Origin: an uncultured Nitrososphaerota archaeon
GTDB lineage: Archaea > Thermoproteota > Nitrososphaeria > Nitrososphaerales > Nitrosopumilaceae
Length of the DNA: 64,000 bases
Assembly: GCA_963824385.1 (NCBI GenBank)
Contig: CAWGPD010000004.1
Span: 480,001-544,000 of the forward strand
Direction: 5' to 3'
Under the pieces are notes generated by a model. That model had not been told where the DNA came from, did not search any database, and saw nothing but the letters and a program-made list of their open reading frames with translations. Every line of letters starts with the position of its first letter. Position 1 is the first letter of the stretch. Below, piece after piece: positions 30,248 through 41,140 of this stretch. A program made the position numbers and the translations under genes.

Positions 30248-31658
30248 TTGCAAGTGACTAAATCAAAACGAGTAGAATCAAAACCTAGATCTAAAGATCC
30301 TACGCATGATGTTGTCAAAAAAATGTCTTCAATCTCGGATGCTACCAAAATTCTAGCCACTGAAGTAAAAACAATGTCAAAGATATTTGTAGAGAATCAA
30401 AAGATATTGATTTCTTTAAAGGATATGATATCATCAGTAAATTCATCACTTGATCAAATTCAGAAAAATTCAAGACAAATAAACATAATAGAAGAAGATA
30501 CGCAGCGTCTATTTTCTGGGATAAGTCAAGTTAAAGCACATTCCAACATAATAGACAAGATTAACAACCAAATTAATAGACTTCAGGATCACGTAGAAAA
30601 AATTCGAGATAAACAAGAATCCATGCCAGACACCAACAAGATAATGCAAAGTGTTGCAGACAGTATGGATTCTATTAGAAATAACACCAAAATGATAATG
30701 CATGTATCAGAAAAAACTGAAAAAATACGTGAAGAGATCAAAAATGTAGCAGGCGGTAAAGAGTATCTATCAAATCTAAGTAAAGAAATAGAAGAATTAA
30801 GAAAAAGTACAAATGAAATGTCAGCCAAGACAGAATCATTATCTAATTTACATCAAGAAATTGAAGAGGTAAGACAGAATACAAAAGAGATCTCCTCAAA
30901 AACTGAAAAAATGTCAGGATTGGAAGATAGCATATCGAACCTAAAAGGGGAAATAAGTACAATCATTTCCAAAACAGATTCAATTTCAAGACTTGAATGC
31001 CCAGATAAGAAACATAGGCATAGAAATTGATTCAATGGGGAAGAAAACAGATTCGCTATCAGTACTGAGTGATGACATTAGGAACATAAATTCTGAATTT
31101 ACCAACTTCAAAACAAACATCCTTGGAAAGAGTAAAGATCTTGATGGAAAGATAACAGATTTTGCAGAATTATTAAACAGGAATTCATCATCTATCTCTG
31201 AGTTTAACAAGAAAACTTATGAGATTTCTCAGCAATTACAAGATATCAGTCATGTAACTCACAAGACATCTCAGAATACATCACATGAAGTAATGGGATT
31301 GCTGCGGTTATCAGAATTCCAATCAAATATCAGAATGCGTTCTGAATCAAAATATGGTACGTTGGAAGACATTGAGAAAATGGTAAGTCAAACTAAAGAC
31401 ATGATAAATCTGTTTGACCGTATTTCTATAGAGGTAGAAACAAAAATGTCACTGCCCTTCGAAGTAAAACAGTGGAGCATATCAAAGATCTTGGATTGTG
31501 CGGATAGATGGGAGATAAGGTTTACAGATGTGTTTAGACTTTTAATTACAGAACTTGGTTTGGATATTGTAAAAGAAGTAATTAGAATAGAACAAGTTCG
31601 TGATCTTTTTGGAATTAGAGCAGTAGATGAAATAAGACGTGAATTAAATATCTCTTAG
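30248..31658 (+). CDS. Long coiled-coil protein with a globular C-terminal domain (1-nt insertion at ~30991)
   Basis: Heptad repeats (LSNLxxEIEExR); the two ORFs join on restoring AGCT. Confidence 0.8.
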
Positions 31659-31659
31659 G

Positions 31660-33682
31660 TCAGTCTGTCATTTCAAAAGATTCTAGTCTTTCCTTTTTCT
31701 TCTTAAGAAGAGCAAAGATTCCAATTATTACTGCGACCCATATACTTCCAAACAACATGTTTGAAATACTGACATACATGTAGGGTGTTGCATCAAGCAA
31801 ATTGAATACTAATGTTGTGGCTTGAGAATGAATGTTAATCATACCTGTATGAAATGCCGCTGTGTCAGGTGAAGTAGTAGATACTTTATCAAGTGTAGAC
31901 AGCATTGTGTTAAGGTCTTTTTGCATCAATCCAAAATCAGTTTCGTCTGTTGGAAATATCCAAACAGGATTTCCAGATTTCGGTACGAGTTGTTGAACTA
32001 ATTGTATATCATCATGAATTACTTGTGGATCAGAAGTCAGCTTGAACCCTAGACAAAATTCCTCTAGATTGGTCAAGCGGGTAAATAATAGTGCTATATT
32101 CCTCAAAAGCCATTACTACGCCTACTACAATTAATCCGAGTATACCAGCCAATGCAGCTTTATAGTAATTATTTGCCATTTTCTCCGCCTTTGTTGCGAC
32201 TCTACTTCTTGATCTGCCTTTTTTAAATGTTGAATGAGATATGCTAAGATATGCAATATAAAGAAACCCAGTTACTTGAATGCCCAATATTGGAACAAAT
32301 ATAGAATTATTGGAAAATATCGCAATAAACATACCCATTATGCCATATACTCCAAAGAATATCTCAAGAAGTGTAGTTTTGGTAAACGGAAGAGCATATG
32401 CCTTGTCTCTCCAATCATCATCATTTTTTATTATTCCAAATTTTGGAGTACGTAAAAATTCATTTTTCTTTCCAAAAAATGCATCAAAGACTGCTACAGT
32501 ATTGTTAACCGACATACCTGCAGAATAGACAATCAAATACAAATAAGAAAGTGCTTTTGATTTCCACTTTTTTTGATACATTCCTTGAATTACCATGATG
32601 TATGCTACTGGCCCCATAGCTAGATATGCAATTACTGTTAATACTGGTAATCCACTTATGATGTAGAGATTTATTTTTGAAGCTAAAAGTATAGGCAAAA
32701 TCAAAAACTGTGCAAGAACTAGTGGGTGCACAATATGTCTTGTAAGTTGAACAAAAGCCTGGATTTTCGTATCAACCGGAATTCTTTTGATTGTAACATC
32801 TCCAAGTAATTTTATGGCACATTGAATAGAGCCTTTTGCCCATCGAAATTGTTGTCTTTTTGCAGAGTTCATTTGTACTGGAAGTTCTGCTTCTACCACA
32901 ATCTCAGGAACAAAGACACATTTCCAACCTTTCATCTGAGCTCTATAACTAAGATCTAAATCCTCAACTAGTGTAGCAGTATGCCAACCACCTGAATCTT
33001 CAATACATTTCTTTCTCCAGATACCCGCAGTACCATTGAAACTCATAAACAGATGAGAATTGCTTTTTGCCTTTTGCTCTATTAAGAAGTGAAAATCAAG
33101 ACTAAGAGCTTGGGCCTTTGTCAGTGGAGAATATTTTTCATTAACATGGCCCCACCTACATTGGACCAATCCAATATTTGGTTTACAGAAATAGGACATT
33201 GCTCTTTTTAGAAACCATGTTGGGGGAATAAAATCAGCATCAAATATGGCAATGAAATCACCTTTTGCAGATTTCATTGCATTTCGAAGTGCACCTGCCT
33301 TGTATCCTTTCCTATCTGACCTTTGAATATGCTGTATATCAAATCCTTTCTTTTGATAGTCTGAAACTAGATTCTCAAGTAGAACTTGAGTCTCATCAGT
33401 TGAATCATCAAGTACTTGAATGGAGAGTTTGTCCTTTGGATAATCTAATGCACAGACTGCATGTATCAATCTAGCAGCAACATACTTTTCATTATATATT
33501 GGAAGTTGAAGAGTGACAGTCGGGATTTCTTTTAGTTCTATAAAGTCATTCTTTTTTTGATGTCTTGAAATTACTACTAGATAATAAAAATTGCACGTAT
33601 AAAGAGTGATAATCAGTGCAATCCATATGAAAACATTCCATAGAAATTGCGATAAAGGACTAGCAAGAATATGTGTCAGCAT
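31660..33682 (-). CDS. Processive GT2 glycosyltransferase (cellulose synthase-like/CslA type) with a C-terminal membrane-anchored domain (frameshift at ~32038)
   Basis: QVLDDS, KAGAL, FDADF, VEDLDL and QQFRW motifs (D,D,D,QxxRW). Confidence 0.9.
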
Positions 33683-33733
33683 TTAGAATTTTTCAACTCT
33701 GCAGTCTTTATAGCCGTACCGCTAAAAATTTCG

Positions 33734-34688
33734 CTATCCTTTCTTGGATATTTTTATTGCTTGAACAGGACATACGTTTTCACAAGCTAGACAAAATATG
33801 CAATCTGGTTCTCGTGCCATCAATGGTTTTTTATCAGAAGCCGGATTTCCTGCAAATTCAGCCCATTCGTAAACTTTCACAGGACATGCATCAATACATG
33901 CACCATCCCCTACACAAACATCATAATCAACTGATACAAATTCTCCCCAGATTCCCAGTATTTCATTACCCTTTCGGTGGCCGAATACTTTTATCTTGTG
34001 ATTAGATGGAGCAGTAAAAGTCTCAACGACTTTGAGTTTTGATTTAAAGTCCACATCAATTGGACCAGGCTTTGCTCCTGAAGGTGTCTCAGGCTCTGCT
34101 TCTTGTGCAACTTGTTGTCCTGGCGGAGGAGCCGCAGGCTTTGGTTTTGGTTTTGCATTTGGAACAATCTGAGACTAGTGGTGTGAGTTCCTCTAATTCT
34201 TTTAATGCTTGCTCAGGTGTTAATTGTTTCATTTTCACTCCATGCTCTACCATTTTGTCAGCAAGTACACTATTTCTTAGAATTGTATCAATAACCATTT
34301 TTGCATTGGCATCTGCTTTTCTCCTATAATCTTTAACCCAAAGTCCATCTCCATATTTTTCAACTGGATAAATTTGATAAATCATGTCCACGACTTCGCC
34401 AGTTACTATCTCGACTTGAACTTCAAGATCAATTTCCTTGTATCCACTATCATCTGGATCTGGTAAATTTTCTTCTTTCCAACGATACGTTGCATAAACT
34501 CTATCAGCAAATTTATCCATTTCAAAAACTTTCTTAAATCCACTAACTATAGAATCAATTTCATAGGCATCTTCTAGTTTTACTGGAAGACGATAAAGAC
34601 CTAGCTTGTAACTGTGTAAAGGATATACTCCTCTTTTAGATGTGGCTGATTGAACTGTATACACCTTATCCTTTAGCAGGAGGGACAT
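33734..34688 (-). CDS. Multi-domain ferredoxin: unknown N-terminal domain, Pro/Ala/Lys linker and dicluster ferredoxin (1-nt insertion at ~34174)
   Basis: CVGDGACIDACP and CIFCLACENVCP; repair gives a continuous 317-aa frame through PNAKPKPKPAAPPPG. Confidence 0.85.
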
Positions 34689-34725
34689 CTGATTTGTATA
34701 TGGAAAAAGAGTTTAAAAATGCTTC

Positions 34726-35058
34726 CTAATAATCAGGGCAAGTCTCTTCTCGGATCTTTCTATATTTTTGTTCCATCTCTGTTGCATGTTCAAGTACTTT
34801 TTCAAACTCATACTTGTTTTTTGGAAAGTACCAACGAATTCCTACTTTATGACCAATTCCATCCATATCATAGATCATTCCTTTGTCAGAATTTACACCA
34901 TATTTCTCGTCAATTGATCTCTCTTGTACGGTAAGACCACGTTTGGTCTTATCCTCCATTATAATATCAGAGTCACTATCAAGTATAGCATAGAATATAC
35001 CTTTTTTTAGAATTGGTGGTTCTTTACTTGTTTCGTTATTTTTCGATTGGGTTTCCAA
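34726..35058 (-). CDS. Hypothetical protein
   Basis: 110-aa ORF overlapping the end of the rhodanese gene. Confidence 0.65.
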   Translation of the reverse strand: METQSKNNETSKEPPILKKGIFYAILDSDSDIIMEDKTKRGLTVQERSIDEKYGVNSDKGMIYDMDGIGHKVGIRWYFPKNKYEFEKVLEHATEMEQKYRKIREETCPDY

Positions 35059-35878
35059 TCATATTACCCCATTCAGTCCAAGAACCGTCATAATTTCTAA
35101 CCTGAGGATATCCTAGAAGATATTTCAGAACAAACCAAGTATGTGAAGATCTCTCTCCAATTCTACAATAACAAATGACATCTTTATCAGGTGTTACACC
35201 TTTTGTTTCATAAATTTTCTTGAGTTCTTCAACTGATTTGAAAGTACCATCAGTGTCATTAACTGCAGTTGCCCAAGGAATATTATTTGCATTAGGAATA
35301 TGTCCACCTCTCTGAGCATGCTCCATTGGGTATTCGGCTGGAGCAGTTACCTCTCCAGAAAATTCTTTTGGAGAACGTACATCGACTAGAACTGTATCAC
35401 TTTTTTCAAGAGCTCGTCTTACATCAAATAGATATGCTCGTAATCCTTCATTGGGTGGTTGTGCAACATAATTAGTTCTTGATATGGGCGGTTCGTCTTG
35501 GGTATAAGATTTATTTTCAATTTCCCATTTTTTCCTTCCACCGTTCATTATCTGTACTTTTTCATGTCCATAATACTTGAATACCCAAAACACAAAAGCT
35601 GCAAACCAATTGTTAAAGTCCCCGTACAAAATTACTTCAGATTGTGCAGTTATCCCATTTCTTGATAAAAGATCTTCAAATTGAGATTTGCTTATGATGT
35701 CACGTGTTATAGGATCATTAATGTCTCGCTTCCACCAGATTAGACTAGCTCCTTGTAGGTGGCCTTGTCGATAAGCATTTTCTGGATCATAATCAACTTC
35801 TATGACTTTGAACGATTTGTTGTTTAGATTATTTGCAACGGTTTGGGTATCAACTAAAACTTGGTGTGCATAATTCAT
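35036..35878 (-). CDS. Thiosulfate sulfurtransferase (tandem-domain rhodanese, CysA/SseA type)
   Basis: YCRIGERSS and NYDGSWTEW motifs. Confidence 0.95.
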   Translation of the reverse strand: MNYAHQVLVDTQTVANNLNNKSFKVIEVDYDPENAYRQGHLQGASLIWWKRDINDPITRDIISKSQFEDLLSRNGITAQSEVILYGDFNNWFAAFVFWVFKYYGHEKVQIMNGGRKKWEIENKSYTQDEPPISRTNYVAQPPNEGLRAYLFDVRRALEKSDTVLVDVRSPKEFSGEVTAPAEYPMEHAQRGGHIPNANNIPWATAVNDTDGTFKSVEELKKIYETKGVTPDKDVICYCRIGERSSHTWFVLKYLLGYPQVRNYDGSWTEWGNMIGNPIEK

Positions 35879-35967
35879 TTCTATCTCTATTATAATGAAC
35901 TCATATGGTTCTTAATATTTTATACTCATCATATGCTTTTTAAGTGAAATTAGAATAGTAGTTTTAA

Positions 35968-36783
35968 TTGGAACTTCATAATGTAGCACTAGTAAGTAAG
36001 GTTGGTTCAAAAGAATCGGAGGACGCAGTAAAGAAAGTAGCCAAGAAATTACTTGCAAAAAAAATCAAAGTATACACTGTCTCTCCCGTAGATGTCGATG
36101 GCGCAAAAAAAGTTAATGATTTAGAAGATCTCAAGACTACAAAACTAGATTTAACGATTACATTAGGAGGTGATGGAACTACTCTTCGAACTTTTAGATA
36201 TTTAGAAAATGAGGTTCCAAATCTTGCAATTAATGTTGGAGGAAATAGAGGAATATTATCAGAGATAACATTGCCACAAATCGATACAGCTATTGATCAA
36301 ATTATTTCAGACAAGGTTTTTTTTGATAGAAGAATTAGAGTGGTTGCATCTTGTGGAGGCCAAGACTTTCCACCAGCACTAAATGAGATCTACATCAACA
36401 GAGTAAATTTGACAAAGACTTCGCTATTTGAGATTAGATTTCAAAGTGATACTGTAACGCAAAAAATGGATGGTGTAATTGTAGCAACTCCAAGTGGTTC
36501 TACAGGTCATTCCTATTCTCTTGGAGGACCGATACTTCATGAGAGTCTAAATGTACTTATCATAACACCTGTTGCACCTGTCAACAAATTACCATCAATT
36601 GTGGTACCTGATGAAAAAGTTGAGATAATTAGTAATCATGATTCAAATATCATCATGGATGCACAGGTTATCAAAACTGCTAGATTTGATGAAGTAATAA
36701 CAATCAAAAAATACAAAAAACAAGCAGTGTTTGTAAGACTAAAGAAACAAGGTCTTAGACAGATGAGTAAGCTTGGCTTCTAG
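35968..36783 (+). CDS. nadK: NAD kinase
   Basis: GGDGT, ALNE and DGVIVATPSGSTGHSYSLGG motifs. Confidence 0.93.
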   Translation: MELHNVALVSKVGSKESEDAVKKVAKKLLAKKIKVYTVSPVDVDGAKKVNDLEDLKTTKLDLTITLGGDGTTLRTFRYLENEVPNLAINVGGNRGILSEITLPQIDTAIDQIISDKVFFDRRIRVVASCGGQDFPPALNEIYINRVNLTKTSLFEIRFQSDTVTQKMDGVIVATPSGSTGHSYSLGGPILHESLNVLIITPVAPVNKLPSIVVPDEKVEIISNHDSNIIMDAQVIKTARFDEVITIKKYKKQAVFVRLKKQGLRQMSKLGF

Positions 36784-37291
36784 AGTTTTAGATGCCACGT
36801 CATTTTATGCCGGAATACCATTTTCTTCACAAGAGAAAAGTTTTACAACTCCTCTAGTTTTTGAAGAAATCAAACATATTAAAAAAAGTCATGATGCGGT
36901 CCAAGCTCTGATTGATTTAGACAGACTAAAAATTATTGAACCAGATCAAAAAAATACTAATTTTGTTTTAGAGAAGGCAAGAAATACAGGCGACTTGTCC
37001 GAGTTGTCAAAAGAAGACGTATCAGTACTTGCATTGTGCGTCCAATTAAATGGAGAACTGGTAACAGATGATTATACAGTATCAAATGTTGCTAAACATT
37101 TGAATTTGAAAGTCATTCCGATAATGACTAAAGGAATATCCAAGATATTAGATAGTGTGCATATTTGCCCTGCTTGTAACAAGGTATATGAAAAAATCTC
37201 AAATTGTCCCATTTGTGGAAGTAAATTAAAGAAAAAATCAGGCCAGAGGAAGTCTCCTTCCAACCCAATCAGCAAAAGACCCATCGTATAA
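36773..37291 (+). CDS. nob1: Nob1-family PIN endonuclease with Zn ribbon
   Basis: VLDATSF, LSKED, TDDYTVSN, CPAC...CPICG. Confidence 0.9.
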   Translation: MASRVLDATSFYAGIPFSSQEKSFTTPLVFEEIKHIKKSHDAVQALIDLDRLKIIEPDQKNTNFVLEKARNTGDLSELSKEDVSVLALCVQLNGELVTDDYTVSNVAKHLNLKVIPIMTKGISKILDSVHICPACNKVYEKISNCPICGSKLKKKSGQRKSPSNPISKRPIV

Positions 37292-37996
37292 CTTTACATT
37301 ATCATATCCGGCCATTTTTAATTGAGTAAATACATTTGCAGCTCTGTGACCTAGGGCACAGTAACATACCAATTCTTTATCTTTTGGCATCTGTTGTTCA
37401 GTAAAAATTCGCAAAAGCTCATCTTTTTCTTTAAAAAGAGTTTCACCCTCACCCACACCTTCAGTAAAGGGAAAAAGTACCGCATTCAAGATTCTACCTG
37501 CTAGGAATTCTTGAGTAGACCTAGCATCAATTATCACTGCACTGTCAATTTTTTTATGAAGTTCTTCGGCTTCAATTCTGATTGAAGAATTTATTTTTGG
37601 AATGAATTTTACAAGTATTGGTTTTGGGATATCTCTAGTAATAGGAAGTTCTTTTTTCTGCCAAGTTCTTATACCTATGTCAAGAATTTTTGTTTTTTCA
37701 TGTCCAAAATATAGTAAGGTCCAATATATCCTAGCAGCAGATGGATCCAAGTAATCTCCATATATTACAACAGTTTTGGATTCATCAATTCCAAGTGAAC
37801 CAAATAGAGTTGCTGCCTGATCACTTTCAATTACAAGATTAACTCCATATTGATTAATTTCTATAACTTTTTCAACTCCGAGAGGTTGGGAATTTGGAAT
37901 ATGAGCATATGAATATGCAATACTACCACGAGAATCCAATATTACTAAATCAGGATCATTGTAATGTTCTGCCAACCATTGATGAGAAACTATCAA
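37238..37996 (-). CDS. Rhodanese-family sulfurtransferase
   Basis: YCALGHRAA and LYDGSFADW motifs. Confidence 0.9.
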   Translation of the reverse strand: MIVSHQWLAEHYNDPDLVILDSRGSIAYSYAHIPNSQPLGVEKVIEINQYGVNLVIESDQAATLFGSLGIDESKTVVIYGDYLDPSAARIYWTLLYFGHEKTKILDIGIRTWQKKELPITRDIPKPILVKFIPKINSSIRIEAEELHKKIDSAVIIDARSTQEFLAGRILNAVLFPFTEGVGEGETLFKEKDELLRIFTEQQMPKDKELVCYCALGHRAANVFTQLKMAGYDNVKLYDGSFADWVGRRLPLA

Positions 37997-38030
37997 TTAT
38001 TTTATGAGTCTAAACGATATATTTGAAGTG

Positions 38031-38738
38031 TCATATGTCATGTAATGTCTTTTGATCAGTCTTTTTTGCATTTTTACTTGCAGCGTCAAGTATTTTTCTA
38101 ATTTTTTGAGCACGTGTTTCTCCCATTCCATTTATTTTGGATAATTCTACTGACGAGGCGTTCAATGATCTACTTGCAGAACCAAATTTTTCTAGCATTC
38201 TAGATGCAAGTTTTTCTCCAACACCTGGCAAACTAGACAAGATTGACAATTGTTGTTGTTGCAAATCACCAGATTTCTTAATTTTTTTAAGGAAAGGTCC
38301 TTTCATTGTCCCTTGTCTTGCACACATTGATATTAACAACTTGGCAGTATGTGATGCATTAGGGGTCGGGATTACAGGTATTTTGAAATCTAACACTACT
38401 GAAGACATTGCCCCATAGAACACAAGCGGATTTTCTGTAATTTTATCAATTTCATCAACATTTCCTTCTATAATTATAGCAGGATGTTCAAAGTGTTCTT
38501 TTAGTCTATTGCATTGATCAAATAAACGTCCATCAAAAACTGATGAGATAAAATCACTAACACTTTTTCTTTCCACTATTGTTTCAGATGCAACAATATA
38601 ATCACCCACAGGCAGATTCATCATTTCTACTTTGACACCTACCTGTTTTAGCAGATCAGGGATTCCACTTTTTCGCTCCCTTTCATCAACTACCATTCGA
38701 AGATCTTCAATTTTCATCAAACCGTTAAGTTTCTGCAA
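38031..38738 (-). CDS. xpf: Short XPF/ERCC4 nuclease with HhH domain
   Basis: VDERE, GDY, VERKS and LPGVG motifs. Confidence 0.92.
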   Translation of the reverse strand: MQKLNGLMKIEDLRMVVDERERKSGIPDLLKQVGVKVEMMNLPVGDYIVASETIVERKSVSDFISSVFDGRLFDQCNRLKEHFEHPAIIIEGNVDEIDKITENPLVFYGAMSSVVLDFKIPVIPTPNASHTAKLLISMCARQGTMKGPFLKKIKKSGDLQQQQLSILSSLPGVGEKLASRMLEKFGSASRSLNASSVELSKINGMGETRAQKIRKILDAASKNAKKTDQKTLHDI

Positions 38739-38743
38739 ATATT

Positions 38744-39154
38744 TTATTTAGGAGTATCTGTCTTATTTTGTCCTGATTGAGGAGGACCTCTTAACATTTC
38801 TCTGATTTTAGTCTCAGCTTCTTTCAAATTTTCTTTTACTCGTACTTCTTGTTTTGTTAATACTGTAAGTCGGGTATTTACAAGTTCTTTCTTTTCTTGT
38901 AATTCTGAAACCAGACTAGTCTTATTAGATTTCACAAGAATTGATCCTGCAGTTTTGTAAACAATATCATCATCATTTGCTTTTACCAGTAATTCAAGTG
39001 CTCTTTCCGTCTCAAGATGTTCAGATTCAAGATGTTGTTTCTGAATCATTATAGATTGAAGATTTTGTTGTAATTGTTGTAATCTACCTACTTGTTCTTG
39101 TAACCAAGGAGGCATTTGTTGTTCGCCAGAAGACATGAATGTTTGACCTGCCAT
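38744..39154 (-). CDS. pfdB: Prefoldin beta subunit
   Basis: Coiled coils flanking VYKTAGSILV; exosome superoperon position. Confidence 0.92.
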   Translation of the reverse strand: MAGQTFMSSGEQQMPPWLQEQVGRLQQLQQNLQSIMIQKQHLESEHLETERALELLVKANDDDIVYKTAGSILVKSNKTSLVSELQEKKELVNTRLTVLTKQEVRVKENLKEAETKIREMLRGPPQSGQNKTDTPK

Positions 39155-39159
39155 TTTGT

Positions 39160-39405
39160 TTATATCTTTACCGATTCAATTGAATCATTACTTGCCTGTA
39201 CAAGTCTCAAGGTAGAATTAAGATTAGCTCTTAGATGTGAAATTTCTTGTGCATCGATCATAATTGTAATTTTACCATCAAATGAGAAACTTGTGTGAGT
39301 GGGATTTTCATCATAAAATTTGTTATCAGTATCAATAGAGTGAAAGATTGCTTTTGTTTTTGTACCAGCAGAGATTTCTATCTTAGATTTATAGTTTGAT
39401 GTCAT
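39160..39405 (-). CDS. pcc1: KEOPS subunit Pcc1
   Basis: LRANLNSTLRL motif; sits between rpl37ae and pfdB. Confidence 0.85.
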   Translation of the reverse strand: MTSNYKSKIEISAGTKTKAIFHSIDTDNKFYDENPTHTSFSFDGKITIMIDAQEISHLRANLNSTLRLVQASNDSIESVKI

Positions 39406-39604
39406 ATGCCAGACCTGCTACTTTAAAATTACATTTTTTACAGACCCAGATTCCTACTGCTTCTCTGCCAAATTTTTCAGAACCACATTCAGGACATTTT
39501 CTTTGTGCTTTTAGTTGTCTATGCACTGAAGTATATTTTTTTCTTGGCTTGAGGCCATATTTTTGACCCAGTCCTTTTAGTGAAGCGCTCTTACCTTTTG
39601 CCAT
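39389..39604 (-). CDS. rpl37ae: 50S ribosomal protein eL43 (L37Ae)
   Basis: KYG, CPEC and GIWVCKKC motifs. Confidence 0.93.
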   Translation of the reverse strand: MAKGKSASLKGLGQKYGLKPRKKYTSVHRQLKAQRKCPECGSEKFGREAVGIWVCKKCNFKVAGLAYDIKL

Positions 39605-39605
39605 A

Positions 39606-40409
39606 CTACATCAACTGCTCAAATTGCTTCCTTATTTTTCTTCCTACAGAAAGGGCGGTTTCAGAGCATTGAATGAGCTGTTCAGCAGTAAATCCATCAC
39701 TTCCACCCTTTTGTACTGCACAAATGTTACCATCAGAGTTTGTAGTAATTGTGATTCTTGCATCCATGCAGGATTCCTCATCCTTAGTTGGATCAACGAT
39801 TATGTAATCACCAATTCTTGCCATGGTTACTGATACTGGTAGTGTCTTAATCGGAGGTTTGGATGTTACGCCTTCTACAAGTACAGGAGCTTCGTCTTTA
39901 ACTTCATATTTAGGAACAGTACAAGAAAGAATACCAGCTACAGATGCATAAGAACAAGCATCAAACAAGTTTCCACCAGAATCAATGACACTACTATCAA
40001 TGAACATGCCAATAACTGATTTATTTTCAATTAGAACAAGTTTGTGCAAGTCAATCATTTCAGTTTCACGTATTCCCCTATCAACAACTCTTGCAAGTTC
40101 AATGACCTCTTCATTTGGTGGTCCAGGTTCTGCGTTTGGATCTGCCAATGGTAAAATTTCTGCAGTACAGATAAGAATTCCTTTATCACCAAGATCTGGA
40201 AATGGTTTATCAAGTTGTATCTTTACACCAGTTATAATTTCGGTATTTCCTAGTTTTACTCTAGCAGAACCATTAGCTTTTGGAATTACTCCTGTTTCAA
40301 TTGTCAAGTGTCTTTGTTCATCAAGAGATCTTCCATCAATTCTTTTTCCAGTTTTTAGAAGATCAAGAATTTTATCTCGTTTTAGTTGATCTAATATTTG
40401 AGAATTCAA
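39606..40409 (-). CDS. rrp42: Exosome subunit Rrp42
   Basis: RNase PH fold; ELARVVDRGIRE. Confidence 0.95.
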   Translation of the reverse strand: MNSQILDQLKRDKILDLLKTGKRIDGRSLDEQRHLTIETGVIPKANGSARVKLGNTEIITGVKIQLDKPFPDLGDKGILICTAEILPLADPNAEPGPPNEEVIELARVVDRGIRETEMIDLHKLVLIENKSVIGMFIDSSVIDSGGNLFDACSYASVAGILSCTVPKYEVKDEAPVLVEGVTSKPPIKTLPVSVTMARIGDYIIVDPTKDEESCMDARITITTNSDGNICAVQKGGSDGFTAEQLIQCSETALSVGRKIRKQFEQLM

Positions 40410-40411
40410 TT

Positions 40412-41140
40412 TTATTGCTCACCAGATTGGAAGTATTTTTCCATTAATGCCTTTCTTTGAATTTCATAAACACGTCTACAACCTACTAGTGCGGTTTGCA
40501 TACATGTTTTGAATTCCTCAGGTTTTAACATACCATCAAGTTGTAAAAGTGTAATTTTTCCTACATTTGGCATCAAGGCAACTGGCATGTCTGCCTGTCC
40601 CTCTTGATCTTCTTCATTATTGACATCTAAAACTATTCTATCTGCGACCTTACCTGCAGCACATGCAGATACCAAGTCACGCATTGGAATGCCTGCATCT
40701 GCAAGAGCTACAGATGCAGCATCAAGTGCAGCACATCTTGAACCACCATCTGCTTGAAGTACTTCAATAAACACATCAATTACAGTACGTGGATAGTCTT
40801 TTAGTATCACAGCTGGTTGTAATGCTTCTTTGATAACCTTAGAAATTTCAATTTCTCGTCTAGATGGCGCAGGATTCTTTCTTTCAGTAACAGAAAACGG
40901 TGACATGTGATATCTACAACGCAAAATTCCAGAATCTTGGTTTGCCATGTGTTTTGGATGAACATCCCTTGGACCAAAAACACCAGCTAAAATCTTGTTC
41001 TTTCCAAATTCAATATATGCAGAACCGTCTGCATTTTTTAGTACTCCTACTTTAATTGAGATATCTCTAAGCTCGTCTAGTTTTCTCCCGTCACATCTAA
41101 TTCCATCTTCAGTCATTAATTGTGTCATTATTTTCACCAT
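40412..41140 (-). CDS. rrp41: Exosome subunit Rrp41
   Basis: SRREIEISK and QADGGSR motifs. Confidence 0.96.
   Translation of the reverse strand: MVKIMTQLMTEDGIRCDGRKLDELRDISIKVGVLKNADGSAYIEFGKNKILAGVFGPRDVHPKHMANQDSGILRCRYHMSPFSVTERKNPAPSRREIEISKVIKEALQPAVILKDYPRTVIDVFIEVLQADGGSRCAALDAASVALADAGIPMRDLVSACAAGKVADRIVLDVNNEEDQEGQADMPVALMPNVGKITLLQLDGMLKPEEFKTCMQTALVGCRRVYEIQRKALMEKYFQSGEQ

Noticed and set aside
34089..34175. Cys-rich tail SDCSKCKTKTKACGSSARTTSC in the listed ORF
   Set aside because: It is the off-frame translation after the indel; the true frame is a Pro/Ala/Lys linker.
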